Shown: piece by piece, positions 26,401 to 33,800 of the stretch | Layout of the letters: every line of letters starts with the position of its first letter | How positions within the stretch are numbered: position 1 is the stretch's first letter | NCBI GenBank assembly: GCA_041659765.1 | Contig: JBAZXR010000001.1 | Coordinates: 853,338 to 897,219, forward strand | Source of the DNA: Patescibacteria group bacterium | Lineage (GTDB): Bacteria; Patescibacteriota; Patescibacteriia; UBA9934 | Length of the DNA: 43,882 bases | Direction of reading: 5' to 3' | Notes under the pieces: generated by a model | Database searches by the model: none | What the model was told of the DNA's origin: nothing | The model's input: only the letters and a program-made list of their open reading frames with translations | Position numbers and translations under genes: made by a program

Positions 26401-27506
26401 ACGACGAACTGACCGCTGGCGAGGTTGTTGTTTTCGCCGACCGTTCACAGGCGGTGAAGAAGTCAGGTTCGACGACTTATGATGATAAGCTCGTCGGTGT
26501 TGTTTCAACACGTCCAGGTTTCTTGGCCGGTGAATACAAAGCTGGTTCATACCCGATCGCCCTTTCAGGTCGAGTGCCAACGAATGTGTCGGACGAGAAC
26601 GGCGCTGTGGCTATCGGCGACCCGCTGACTACCTCCTCGACGCCTGGCGTAGCGATGAAGGCCACGAAAGCTGGTCCGATTCTTGGCTATGCCATGGAGC
26701 CGCTGCCTGGTGGAACCGGTAAGGTAGTCGCCTTTATTCGAGCTTCTTATTACTCAGGAAACGGAACTAACTCAGCACCGGATGTCAGTAACACGGTTAC
26801 CGGCTTGTCAACGGCCGGTAGCCTTGATCTCTCAGGCTCTTTGAATATGAACGGCGGCAATATTCTGTCAGTCGGTTCTATAGGGGGTATCGGCGGAGTT
26901 TGGAAGATCGCTGATAATGGAGATTTTACAACCGGAGGGGCATTGGTTAAGCAGGTTCGTTCATTTATGGGTGATCTAGTAGACACTTATCCTTCTACCG
27001 CAACGGAGCGAACGGTTGAGCTGTCGGGGACAAGTACATTGCAGAACGGCTTAGCTACAGTTACCTTCTCAGAGGAGGATCCGCATTTTAATCAGATCAT
27101 TTCTAACACTGCGGCTTATCGTGTACTAGTTACTCCGGCGGGCGCCACCGGACAGGTTTTTGTAACAGATCGTTCAAATGGAGGATTTATCATTCACGAT
27201 ACCGGCTCATCTACCGGAGTGATGGTTGACTGGCTCGTGATTGCCTACGAAAAAGATCATGAACCTCAAGTGGTGACTCCCGTTGTTGTACCTGAACCCA
27301 TTCCGGAGCCAATCGTGGCTGGCATAGTTGATCCTGTGCCGGCTGATCCTGTCGTAGTTGTAGATACAGTGCCAACTGAACCGATTCCCGTTGTCGACCC
27401 GGTACCAATCCAGGCGGTCATAGAGGTCGCGCCTGTTGAAACGCTTATTGATCCAGTGCCTGTGCCTGAGCCAACCTTGCCGACTGATCCTCTTCTGACA
27501 CCATAG
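23445..27506 (+). CDS. giant secreted fibre/adhesin-like protein (1353 aa) with phage tail-fibre-type modules
   Basis: GGAGG RBS and signal peptide. Five IGGV...IAT..T.AD.I.IG modules. Two DYAE-type modules, DDYAEWYETDG at 25521 and YDFAEMFPSDD at 26373. Pro/Val-rich C-terminal tail. Confidence 0.8.
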   Translation: MNQRAHHGFPQVIARFLLVSVLFGSAALSALFGVSVQAASAPNIISYQGRVLNTNGVPVASASATMVFEIYDSLAAGTCLWSNSSATCASATSRTVTLTDGLFSEPLGDTTVGVPYAAIADTVFGSNAGTYLQVTVNGETLTPRKQIVAAPYALNADTLDGLDSSAFTSLFTDGGTFTYLTSATDDLVIGGVTVPAASLFFDASVAELNLGTEGALNGLVRLYSSGAVVDATIGTNVSGDLVLTTPGIISVASNITSSADLALNGGDLTSTSAVFKLADAVGNSATIQIGGVSTDLLNTVNIATDSTSADFIVIGSINAASTAQLRGAITTLNGTSAINLNDATGAKITDVGGVDNDGGDTVRIATEGTSADVITIGNSNALTTLGLTGGDDWSVTTAGLITTANDVFINGGDLQSTSATFNFLDNTGDATTIDIGGVTTALSNTINIATNATGSDTINIGNNGAATSLVLTSQAWSITGPGLITTGDDLAVNGGDLTSTSATFNFLDAASSSTTIDIGGVTTSLSNTINIATNATGSDTINIGNNGAATSLVLTSQAWSITGPGLITTSDDVAIGGGDLTSTAGTFNFLDAAANSAAIDIGGVTTDIGNTIYIAINSTTADTLSFGNANASTVFYLDGGDDWAINATGDAQFENVLIDMTNTATTNGVCHSGVDSDTTATVREMVVCSAAPDDYAEWYETDGSAVAGDLVATTSTTFTYNAKQSNPFTGEILPGTISKTLPVLTKATSSSVDVFGIISTSPNQVIGSDVKNQGAHPQPIGLVGRVPLHVTSENGPIAAGDYLTVSSTPGYAMKATAPGRVIARALTNFNGVGVTTITAFIDNSWYGGEMLAADGSALALTGDLKLSSLAQATPSSQAINSHALLLTGSGWDGSSALDVTMGLRTKVNSLSNYRLAFENNLGGEIASITNSGDVLVSGKLYPSDRGLTQTNAYIFYDSSAGGGYMKTNAAGWNVGSYDFAEMFPSDDELTAGEVVVFADRSQAVKKSGSTTYDDKLVGVVSTRPGFLAGEYKAGSYPIALSGRVPTNVSDENGAVAIGDPLTTSSTPGVAMKATKAGPILGYAMEPLPGGTGKVVAFIRASYYSGNGTNSAPDVSNTVTGLSTAGSLDLSGSLNMNGGNILSVGSIGGIGGVWKIADNGDFTTGGALVKQVRSFMGDLVDTYPSTATERTVELSGTSTLQNGLATVTFSEEDPHFNQIISNTAAYRVLVTPAGATGQVFVTDRSNGGFIIHDTGSSTGVMVDWLVIAYEKDHEPQVVTPVVVPEPIPEPIVAGIVDPVPADPVVVVDTVPTEPIPVVDPVPIQAVIEVAPVETLIDPVPVPEPTLPTDPLLTP
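24230..25400 (+). repeat. in-frame tandem modules, period 249 nt (83 aa) for the three best units
   Basis: Landmarks recur at 24672/24921 and 24777/25026. The protein modules are IDIGGVTTALSNTINIATNATGSDTINIGNN, ...TTSLSNTINIATNATGSDTINIGNN and ...TTDIGNTIYIAINSTTADTLSFGNA. Confidence 0.85.
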
Positions 27507-27514
27507 AAATACAT

Positions 27515-29869
27515 ATGTCTCACAAAATAGGCGTCTTTTTACTGAAACTTTCTCGCATTCTCTGGTGCTCTGCAGCCATTTTGGTGCCTCTTGTCATGTT
27601 CCCGTGGACGACTGATCATTTTGATTTTAACAAAGCCTTCGTACTTGTCATCCTGGGCACCGGCATTGCCGCATCTTCTTTTTTTGGCATGGCGCTGACT
27701 AAGTCGTTGCGAGTGAAGATGCATCCGGTTCTACTTCTGCCCGCAATCTTTTTACTCGTTACCGCACTGTCGAGCGTTTTTTCTCTTGATCAGGCCACGA
27801 GTTTTATCGGCGAAGGGGGACAAGAACATACGAGTTTGTTGATGGGTATTTTTCTTTATATTTTATTACTTTTAGGCGCCATTTTTCTTGAGGATGAAGG
27901 ATTTCAGAAGAGTCTGTCTTCTGCGTTGTTGGTTGGATCGGCCATCACTGGCGCGCTGACTCTGGTGACTTTTGTGGGCATCTCCATTCCGCCGTTCCAA
28001 AATACGGTCGGCGTGCCAACGGCCTTCGCTGTTTACATGATAACCATGACAATGTTTGGAACGTGCGTATTTCTAACGGAGATGGGACAAGAAACAAAAG
28101 CTAAGTCATGGGCGATGAAAATTAGTTTCGCCTTGACGGCCTTAGCGACTGCTTTGACTTTGATCGCTTTCGACTCCATATTATTGTGGGCTCTGGTGAT
28201 CGTTTCAACCTTGGCGCTCTTCACCTTTGTCTTTGCTCGTCCCGAACTTCTCCAGAAGACAGCAATTTTAGCGGTTCCAGGACTATTCTTGTCTTTGGCC
28301 ATCGTTTTTATCTTTGTTCAGTCGCCACTTCACGGCAAGTTCCCACTTGAGGTCAGCCTTAACCAGAACTCGTCTTTGACCGTTGTCAGACTTACTCTAG
28401 CTGCACATCCGATTATCGGTTCTGGTCCTGGAACCTTTGGTATTGATTTTAATCGATTTGCACCGCCCGAACTGAACTCGAGTTTATTTTGGGATACGCG
28501 TTTTAGTTCAGGCATGAGCGAATTCTTTACTCTACTCGCAACACACGGTGTCCTCGGCTTTATTGCTTTGTTACTCTTTCCTTTGGCGCTTGGCTTGTTT
28601 GCCTTCAGAACGGTCGTGTCAACTCGCACCGACTGGCATCGGGTGCTCCCGCCGCTTGTCGGGGGAATCACTTTACTCGGCGCTTTCTTCTTATTTGCTT
28701 ACACAGTTACCACGGTATTTATTTTGATGATTTTCGCTGCCTGGATCGCTGCCATAACTTTGCCGCCGAGCCGAGACGTCTCACATGCCCATTCGCCTCG
28801 CTTGGCCTTGGTGTCGAGTTTTGGTGTTTTGCTTGGCAGTGTTGGCATTTTGGTCGCGGTATTCGTTTCACTTACCCGTTACGGTGCAGAGATAGCTTTT
28901 GCTAAAGCAGTTGCCAGAGATAGGGAGGGCGGTGAGGCCATGGAGATCATAAAGCTGCTCAATACGGCCGCTACATTAAATGGCCGTAATGACGGGTATT
29001 ATAGAAATTTGTCCAACGCACTGTTAATTCAAACTTCCAAAGTAGCCGCTGATACTAAGGCTGATCCAGCAGTTATTCAGAGTTATCTCGCCTCAAGCGT
29101 GAATGCTGCCGTCATGGCTGCGAATATTGGGCCAAACGATGTAGCTAACTTCCAGATGCTTTGCACTGTTTACCGAGAATTTTCGTCAGTGGTGAAAGAT
29201 GCTAATAATCATGCTATTTCTACCTGCGAAAAAGCCGTCACTCTAGCTCCTAACAATCCTAAATATCTAGTAGACGTGGCTCGCACGTACATAGTTCGCG
29301 TAGATTTATTGAACGCGTTGGCTAACGGCGATGATAAGGAGGTTGCCAAGACAGCTAAAGACGCGCAGGCCGAGGCATTGACTAAGGCTGGAGATGCACT
29401 CTCTAAGGCCATCGAGTTAAAGGGTGATTACGCGTCGGCTCGTTACTACTCAGCTTTTGTTGAGGAGCGAAAGGGCAACCTGGCTGCCGCTATCCAAAGC
29501 ATGGAGGTAGCCCGCGCTCTTAACCAGAAGGATGTTGGGGTTAGTATTCAACTATCGCTTTTGTACTTGCGCCAGGGCAAAAATGATTTAGCCGAGAAAG
29601 AACTATTGCGCGCATTAGATCTTGATCCCAAGAATGATAACCTAAAGTGGTATCTCTCGGTGGCCTATGAGGCTAAAGGAGAAAAAGAGAAGGCAATTAA
29701 TCTTTTACAGGATCTCGTAAAGACTAACCCGGATAACGAGACGGTTAAAACCAGACTTGAAAAACTTCAGAAGAACGAGCCGGCACCAAAACCCGTGATA
29801 CCAGAACCGATCGAACCAACGCTTCCACCAGCGGAAAGCACGGCACCGTCAGCCCCAGTGACTCCGTAA
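27515..29869 (+). CDS. O-antigen ligase/polymerase-like polytopic membrane protein fused to C-terminal TPR repeats
   Basis: About 450 aa of TM helices with IGSGPGTFG in a loop. TPR-like repeats follow (ARYYSAFVEERKGNLAAAIQSMEVARALN, VSIQLSLLYLRQGKNDLAEKELLRALDLDP). Confidence 0.75.
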   Translation: MSHKIGVFLLKLSRILWCSAAILVPLVMFPWTTDHFDFNKAFVLVILGTGIAASSFFGMALTKSLRVKMHPVLLLPAIFLLVTALSSVFSLDQATSFIGEGGQEHTSLLMGIFLYILLLLGAIFLEDEGFQKSLSSALLVGSAITGALTLVTFVGISIPPFQNTVGVPTAFAVYMITMTMFGTCVFLTEMGQETKAKSWAMKISFALTALATALTLIAFDSILLWALVIVSTLALFTFVFARPELLQKTAILAVPGLFLSLAIVFIFVQSPLHGKFPLEVSLNQNSSLTVVRLTLAAHPIIGSGPGTFGIDFNRFAPPELNSSLFWDTRFSSGMSEFFTLLATHGVLGFIALLLFPLALGLFAFRTVVSTRTDWHRVLPPLVGGITLLGAFFLFAYTVTTVFILMIFAAWIAAITLPPSRDVSHAHSPRLALVSSFGVLLGSVGILVAVFVSLTRYGAEIAFAKAVARDREGGEAMEIIKLLNTAATLNGRNDGYYRNLSNALLIQTSKVAADTKADPAVIQSYLASSVNAAVMAANIGPNDVANFQMLCTVYREFSSVVKDANNHAISTCEKAVTLAPNNPKYLVDVARTYIVRVDLLNALANGDDKEVAKTAKDAQAEALTKAGDALSKAIELKGDYASARYYSAFVEERKGNLAAAIQSMEVARALNQKDVGVSIQLSLLYLRQGKNDLAEKELLRALDLDPKNDNLKWYLSVAYEAKGEKEKAINLLQDLVKTNPDNETVKTRLEKLQKNEPAPKPVIPEPIEPTLPPAESTAPSAPVTP

Positions 29870-29893
29870 TTTGCTGATTTCCCTAAAAATAAC

Positions 29894-29921
29894 ACCCCGT
29901 CGGTTTAGGCCGGCGGGGTTT
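29894..29921. terminator. hairpin terminator ending the surface locus
   Basis: ACCCCGTCGG-TTTAGG-CCGGCGGGGT followed by TTT. The right arm contains GCGGGGTT. Confidence 0.55.
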
Positions 29922-29928
29922 CACGATT

Positions 29929-30627
29929 TCACGGTTTCACGATGATGGCGACCAGTTCGTCGTAGAAGAGTTGGAGCGCGTCCATGAACTCTTTGGTGCC
30001 CTGCTTCACATGCGTGAAAGCATTGTCGCTGTGCGGAACGATCATGAGCGCGCTCCGGAGCTTGAGCCCGTGGACCGCCGCGGCAGAGTACTCGGCGTAG
30101 TGTTTGCGCAAGTACTCCAACTCTGATAGACGCACCCCGTACTTTTTGCTTTTCACGAAGGCGTTGATTTGTCCCGGAATGATGTGGTGGTCAGTCATGA
30201 CGTCGAGCGCCAGGTAGGCGCCGAGCGATTTATAGACGCACGCGTGGTCCTCGTAGTCCCGGTTAACAAAGATGGCTTCCATCTGCTGAATGGCCGGGGT
30301 TATGGTCTCACGGAAGATGACGGGTTTTCCAAGAAGCCGCTTGGCCATATCCTGGTACAGCGCGCCGTGTTGTCGTTCGTTCTCCCGTACCTTCTCAATG
30401 ACGAGGGCGATTTCATCAAGCTCGTGATAGCGGAGGTTGCTCGGCATGGAGAACACGTTACGCGCGAGTGCGCAGAAGTGAGCCACGTGGCAGAGCCAGG
30501 CCTCCAGTTTTTCTGGCGGCGGCCTTCCTTGTGCCAGCAGGATAAAGACCAGATGGCGGTTGACTGGGTGCTCTTCAATCAGCGCCACGAGTGGTTCAAC
30601 GAAGCTGGTGTCCTGGTTGTTGTTCAA
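29929..30627 (-). CDS. heme-oxygenase-like-fold protein (iron-containing redox enzyme / PqqC-TenA-CADD-like), TTG start
   Basis: 232 aa, all-helical. It has the N-terminal HP...LL.G....KLE.W pattern, an ExxH motif (ENERQH) and later His/Asp clusters (DHH, HYAEYSAAAVH). GGAGG lies 4 nt before the TTG. Confidence 0.5.
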   Translation of the reverse strand: MNNNQDTSFVEPLVALIEEHPVNRHLVFILLAQGRPPPEKLEAWLCHVAHFCALARNVFSMPSNLRYHELDEIALVIEKVRENERQHGALYQDMAKRLLGKPVIFRETITPAIQQMEAIFVNRDYEDHACVYKSLGAYLALDVMTDHHIIPGQINAFVKSKKYGVRLSELEYLRKHYAEYSAAAVHGLKLRSALMIVPHSDNAFTHVKQGTKEFMDALQLFYDELVAIIVKP

Positions 30628-30643
30628 ATCTCCTCCCGCGTAG

Positions 30644-30672
30644 ATTATTCAAGTAAAACAGCGAATAGTCAA
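30644..30672 (-). promoter_or_regulatory. sigma70-type promoter for 29929-30627
   Basis: Minus strand TTGACT, 17 nt, AATAAT. Confidence 0.55.
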
Positions 30673-30696
30673 GAAAACAGGGGCAATGACGTGCAG

Positions 30697-30732
30697 AAAA
30701 AAAAGACCCACAGCGATGCGTCGCTGCGAGTC
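30697..30732 (-). terminator. intrinsic terminator after 30740-31285
   Basis: Minus strand hairpin CAGCGA-CGCA-TCGCTG with extended stem, then U8. Confidence 0.8.
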
Positions 30733-30739
30733 ATACTCA

Positions 30740-31285
30740 TTACGGTTTTTTTGTGGTTGCTCTCCGTTTGAATCCATCCTTTGGCCAGTCAGTGATCTTG
30801 AGTATGGAACAGGCTGTTTGCCATTCGGGGTTCACTCCGTCTGGTGACTGCTCAACCATGGCGAGCAGCATTTCGACCACATGCTTGGGCAGCGGGCGTT
30901 TCCCATGTAAGAATTTGGAGAGTTCTGTTGGGCTAGCTCCTACCTGTTTAGCGATTCTATAGTGCTGGTCAATTCGTCTCAGATACTCGGCCAGTACTTT
31001 GAGTGCATGTTCCAGAGAACCCTTTGGATCGCCACAGACCACTGGTCCTACCCGGGTAGGCGGATGGTGGTTGGTCCGTTGTTTTCGGAGCATCACGGAC
31101 ACAGTGGCGGACCTCCCGACCACCAGGCAGCGAAAGACGTGTTGAACCATCTTCTCGCACGCGGCCTGAGCGGCTGCCTCCATGTTCTTCAAGTCAGCGT
31201 CTTTGGGAACATTCACCGTTAGTTCATGCCTGAACTGCGCGAACCCCCTCTGTTCGAAATCAAAAGATAGCTCCTCATCTTTCAT
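30740..31285 (-). CDS. hypothetical protein with an XRE-like helix-turn-helix
   Basis: 181 aa. The segment IAKQVGASPTELSKFLHGKRPLPKHVVEML resembles Cro/XRE HTH. The N-terminal half is unrecognised. Confidence 0.55.
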   Translation of the reverse strand: MKDEELSFDFEQRGFAQFRHELTVNVPKDADLKNMEAAAQAACEKMVQHVFRCLVVGRSATVSVMLRKQRTNHHPPTRVGPVVCGDPKGSLEHALKVLAEYLRRIDQHYRIAKQVGASPTELSKFLHGKRPLPKHVVEMLLAMVEQSPDGVNPEWQTACSILKITDWPKDGFKRRATTKKP

Positions 31286-31389
31286 GCCATCTCCCTATTT
31301 TGATTGAAACCTAGCTATAGTTAGCAAAATTATTGGTCCGCGTCAAGAAATTGGTATATTTTCATATAATTCTTTATCATCTTGGCACT

Positions 31390-32466
31390 ATGCTAAACGT
31401 CGGTATTGTTGGCCTCCCGAACGTGGGAAAGTCGACCCTCTTCACAGCCCTTACAAAAAAGCAGGTAGACTGCGCTAATTTTCCTTTCTGTACTATCGAG
31501 CCGAATGTCGGCGTAGTTGAAGTACCGGACACGAGAGTAGATGTACTGGCTGAGATTTCAAAAACGACTAAGAAGATTAAAGCAGCGATCGAGTTTGTCG
31601 ATATCGCGGGACTCGTAAAGGGAGCGCACAAGGGGGAAGGACTTGGTAACAAGTTTTTGGCGAATATCCGAGAGGTGGACATGATTGTTCATGTAGTTCG
31701 ATCTTTCGTGAACAACGATGTCATTCACGTTGACGGATCCGTCGATCCCGCACGCGATGTAGAAGTGATCGAGCTCGAACTGGCCATGGCTGATCACGCT
31801 ACGGTCCAGAAACTCCTCGACAACGTGAACAATAAGATGAAGGGCGGAAAGAATACTGACCTCGCACCGCAGGCTTCGGCGCTACAAAAGTGGTTCGATG
31901 CATTGAGTCAGGGTCAGATGGCGTTGTCGGTCGAACTCACGGATGAGGAAAAGGAAGCGGTTTCGACAATCCAGTTGCTAACGAATAAACCAATTTTGTA
32001 CGTTGTAAATTCTGACGAAGAGTCCGCTAAAGATCCAAACTGGGTGTCACCGCTTGGTCCGAATAGACTCGCGGTTCCTATTTCGGTAAAGATCGAAGCA
32101 GAACTCGCAGGACTGCCACCAGAAGAAGCAAAAGAAATGCTCGACGCGCTCGGGATGACTGAATCCGGACTCGATAAAGTAATTAAAAAGTGTTACGAGT
32201 TACTTGATCTCATTACTTTCCTCACAACCGGTGAAGTCGAGACGCGTGCCTGGACAGTCCACCGCGGTGCCAAGGCTCCAGAAGCTGCTGGCGTGATTCA
32301 CACGGACTTTACAAAGAACTTTATTCGCGCCGAAGTAATTTCTTACCAGGACTTTGTGGATTGTGGTGGCGAGTCTGGGGCGAGAGACAAGGGAAAGTTG
32401 AGAGTTGAAGGCAAGGAATACGTGATGCAAGATGGAGACGTTTGTCACTTTAGAATCGGAGCATAA
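31390..32466 (+). CDS. ychF: ribosome-binding ATPase YchF
   Basis: [22 protein letters not shown], then [20 protein letters not shown], and a C-terminal TGS-like domain. The track ORF start at 31333 is rejected. Confidence 0.93.
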   Translation: MLNVGIVGLPNVGKSTLFTALTKKQVDCANFPFCTIEPNVGVVEVPDTRVDVLAEISKTTKKIKAAIEFVDIAGLVKGAHKGEGLGNKFLANIREVDMIVHVVRSFVNNDVIHVDGSVDPARDVEVIELELAMADHATVQKLLDNVNNKMKGGKNTDLAPQASALQKWFDALSQGQMALSVELTDEEKEAVSTIQLLTNKPILYVVNSDEESAKDPNWVSPLGPNRLAVPISVKIEAELAGLPPEEAKEMLDALGMTESGLDKVIKKCYELLDLITFLTTGEVETRAWTVHRGAKAPEAAGVIHTDFTKNFIRAEVISYQDFVDCGGESGARDKGKLRVEGKEYVMQDGDVCHFRIGA

Positions 32467-32564
32467 AAAAGACCCGCCACCCAGCTATTGTCGGGTAGGC
32501 TGGTTTTAGGTGGTGATATACCACAGATTTTATCTAATATTAGCTATATTATCAGGTATTTTAG

Positions 32565-32593
32565 TGGACAAAAGGCTGTTTTTATGCTATAGT
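32565..32593 (+). promoter_or_regulatory. sigma70-type promoter for 32679-33689
   Basis: TGGACA, 17 nt, TATAGT. A leader of about 80 nt follows, ending in GAGAGG before the ATG. Confidence 0.55.
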
Positions 32594-32678
32594 CCTTGGT
32601 TCGGTTTTTTTCTGGGATATTCCTAGGAATGGGCCGAAGAACAAGCGAATTCTTTCCCAATCACAAGAGAGGTGACTC

Positions 32679-33689
32679 ATGTCGCAGCAGGAACAGCAGA
32701 ATAACACCGGCGCAAAGACCCGCCCGATCCAGCCCCGCATCAACACCCGTTGCGGTGTGAACATGGATACGGCCTTTTCGGTCGCGCTCGTCGGGTGTTT
32801 GGTCCCGGAGTTTGAGAACGCGGAGATTTTCTTCCGCGACGCCGGCTGGAGCTGGCAGATGGGTCCCATGGAAGTGGCCATCGATCTCGACGCGGGTGGC
32901 GTGAGCTTCATGGCCGAGCCGGACTCCGAGGGCCGTGTGCGCTCGACGTTCGATCTCATCCGTAAGACCTACGGCCCGCAGGCCAACGACAAGCGGGTCG
33001 TGGACGCGCTCGAGCCTCTCGCGCAGTATCTGGACAACCAGAAAGCATACGGGTCCGAAGGGATCCGCATGATCGCTCCGAGCTTGACCGAGGCCGATGC
33101 CGAAAACGTCTCGGACTTCACCCTCGCCGGGGTCTTTCGCAGGGAGAGCAGGGCCATCCGTGGACGGGCGAAGCGCTTGGGCGAGTCCCCCGAATGGGCG
33201 GACTACCAGATCGTGTGCTGGGCCCGTGACCACCTGCGCGAGTACATCAGCGAGAAGATCTCCTATATGAACGCCGAGGCCAACGTGGTCCGCGCGATCC
33301 ACCGCAAGAAGATCATCATGCAGGAAGGAGGCGCGGTGGCCCTGTGTCTGGACCCGATCAAGTTCGTCCAGGAAGTCCTCTTCCGTAACTACGGCATCCG
33401 TGCCGTGGTGATCGTGGAGGACACGGACAACATCGTGGTCCGTCGCAAGGACTCCGAGCAGACGCGCATGGACCACCTGTTCATCCGCGAAGTGCTTGGA
33501 CGCTTCGGTGAGAAGATCGGGAACGGGCAGAACGACTGGTTCTCCCACCCTTCCGGATTCCTCCTTGCGTGGCAGACCCGTAGGGGCGAGCAGCGCGGGC
33601 GCGGAACCAAGGTGGATCCCTGGGACATGGCGGAAGCTGTGGAGCGTGCCATCCTGTTCGAGGATGCGCGTATCGCCCAGTCCAAGTGA
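32679..33689 (+). CDS. hypothetical protein (336 aa), strongly GC-rich orphan
   Basis: GC is about 61% in the first 120 nt (hand count). The fully open antisense ORF has the low-complexity L/R/G/H composition expected of a shadow frame. An RBS and a downstream terminator support the + frame. Confidence 0.6.
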   Translation: MSQQEQQNNTGAKTRPIQPRINTRCGVNMDTAFSVALVGCLVPEFENAEIFFRDAGWSWQMGPMEVAIDLDAGGVSFMAEPDSEGRVRSTFDLIRKTYGPQANDKRVVDALEPLAQYLDNQKAYGSEGIRMIAPSLTEADAENVSDFTLAGVFRRESRAIRGRAKRLGESPEWADYQIVCWARDHLREYISEKISYMNAEANVVRAIHRKKIIMQEGGAVALCLDPIKFVQEVLFRNYGIRAVVIVEDTDNIVVRRKDSEQTRMDHLFIREVLGRFGEKIGNGQNDWFSHPSGFLLAWQTRRGEQRGRGTKVDPWDMAEAVERAILFEDARIAQSK

Positions 33690-33714
33690 CATATCGGAGC
33701 TGAAACGCAGCTCG

Positions 33715-33745
33715 CCGGCATTCCCCTCTGGGAGTGCCGGTTTTT
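33715..33745 (+). terminator. intrinsic terminator after 32679-33689
   Basis: CCGGCA-14 nt-TGCCGG followed by TTTTT. Confidence 0.75.
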
Positions 33746-33750
33746 AAATT

Positions 33751-33794
33751 TAAAAGCAGAACCCCGCCGGTCGAGCTGAGCTCGATGGCGGGGG
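33751..33794 (-). terminator. intrinsic terminator after 33801-34265 (palindrome family copy 2)
   Basis: Minus strand CCCCGCCATCGAGC-TCA-GCTCGACCGGCGGGG followed by UUCUGCUUUU. Confidence 0.7.
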
Positions 33795-33800
33795 AACGAT

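Noticed and set aside
23445-27506. Prophage or tailocin interpretation of the tail-fibre-like giant protein.
   Set aside because: There are no capsid, portal, terminase, tape-measure, baseplate, lysis or integrase genes in the flanking 10 kb. The neighbours are secreted or membrane proteins in one operon.
29917-29945. Three tandem TTTCACG heptamers at the stop of the 29929-30627 gene.
   Set aside because: They are short and overlap a terminator tail and the last codons. There is no second locus or obvious function, so this is probably coincidental.
32661-33692. 343-aa minus-strand ORF spanning the whole 32679-33689 gene. The same applies to 33804-34394 (+) and 30169-30771 (+), which lie opposite other GC-rich genes.
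   Set aside because: The translations are low-complexity and L/R/G/H/D/V-rich, as expected for shadow frames of GC3-rich genes. Promoter, RBS and terminator signals fit the opposite strand.
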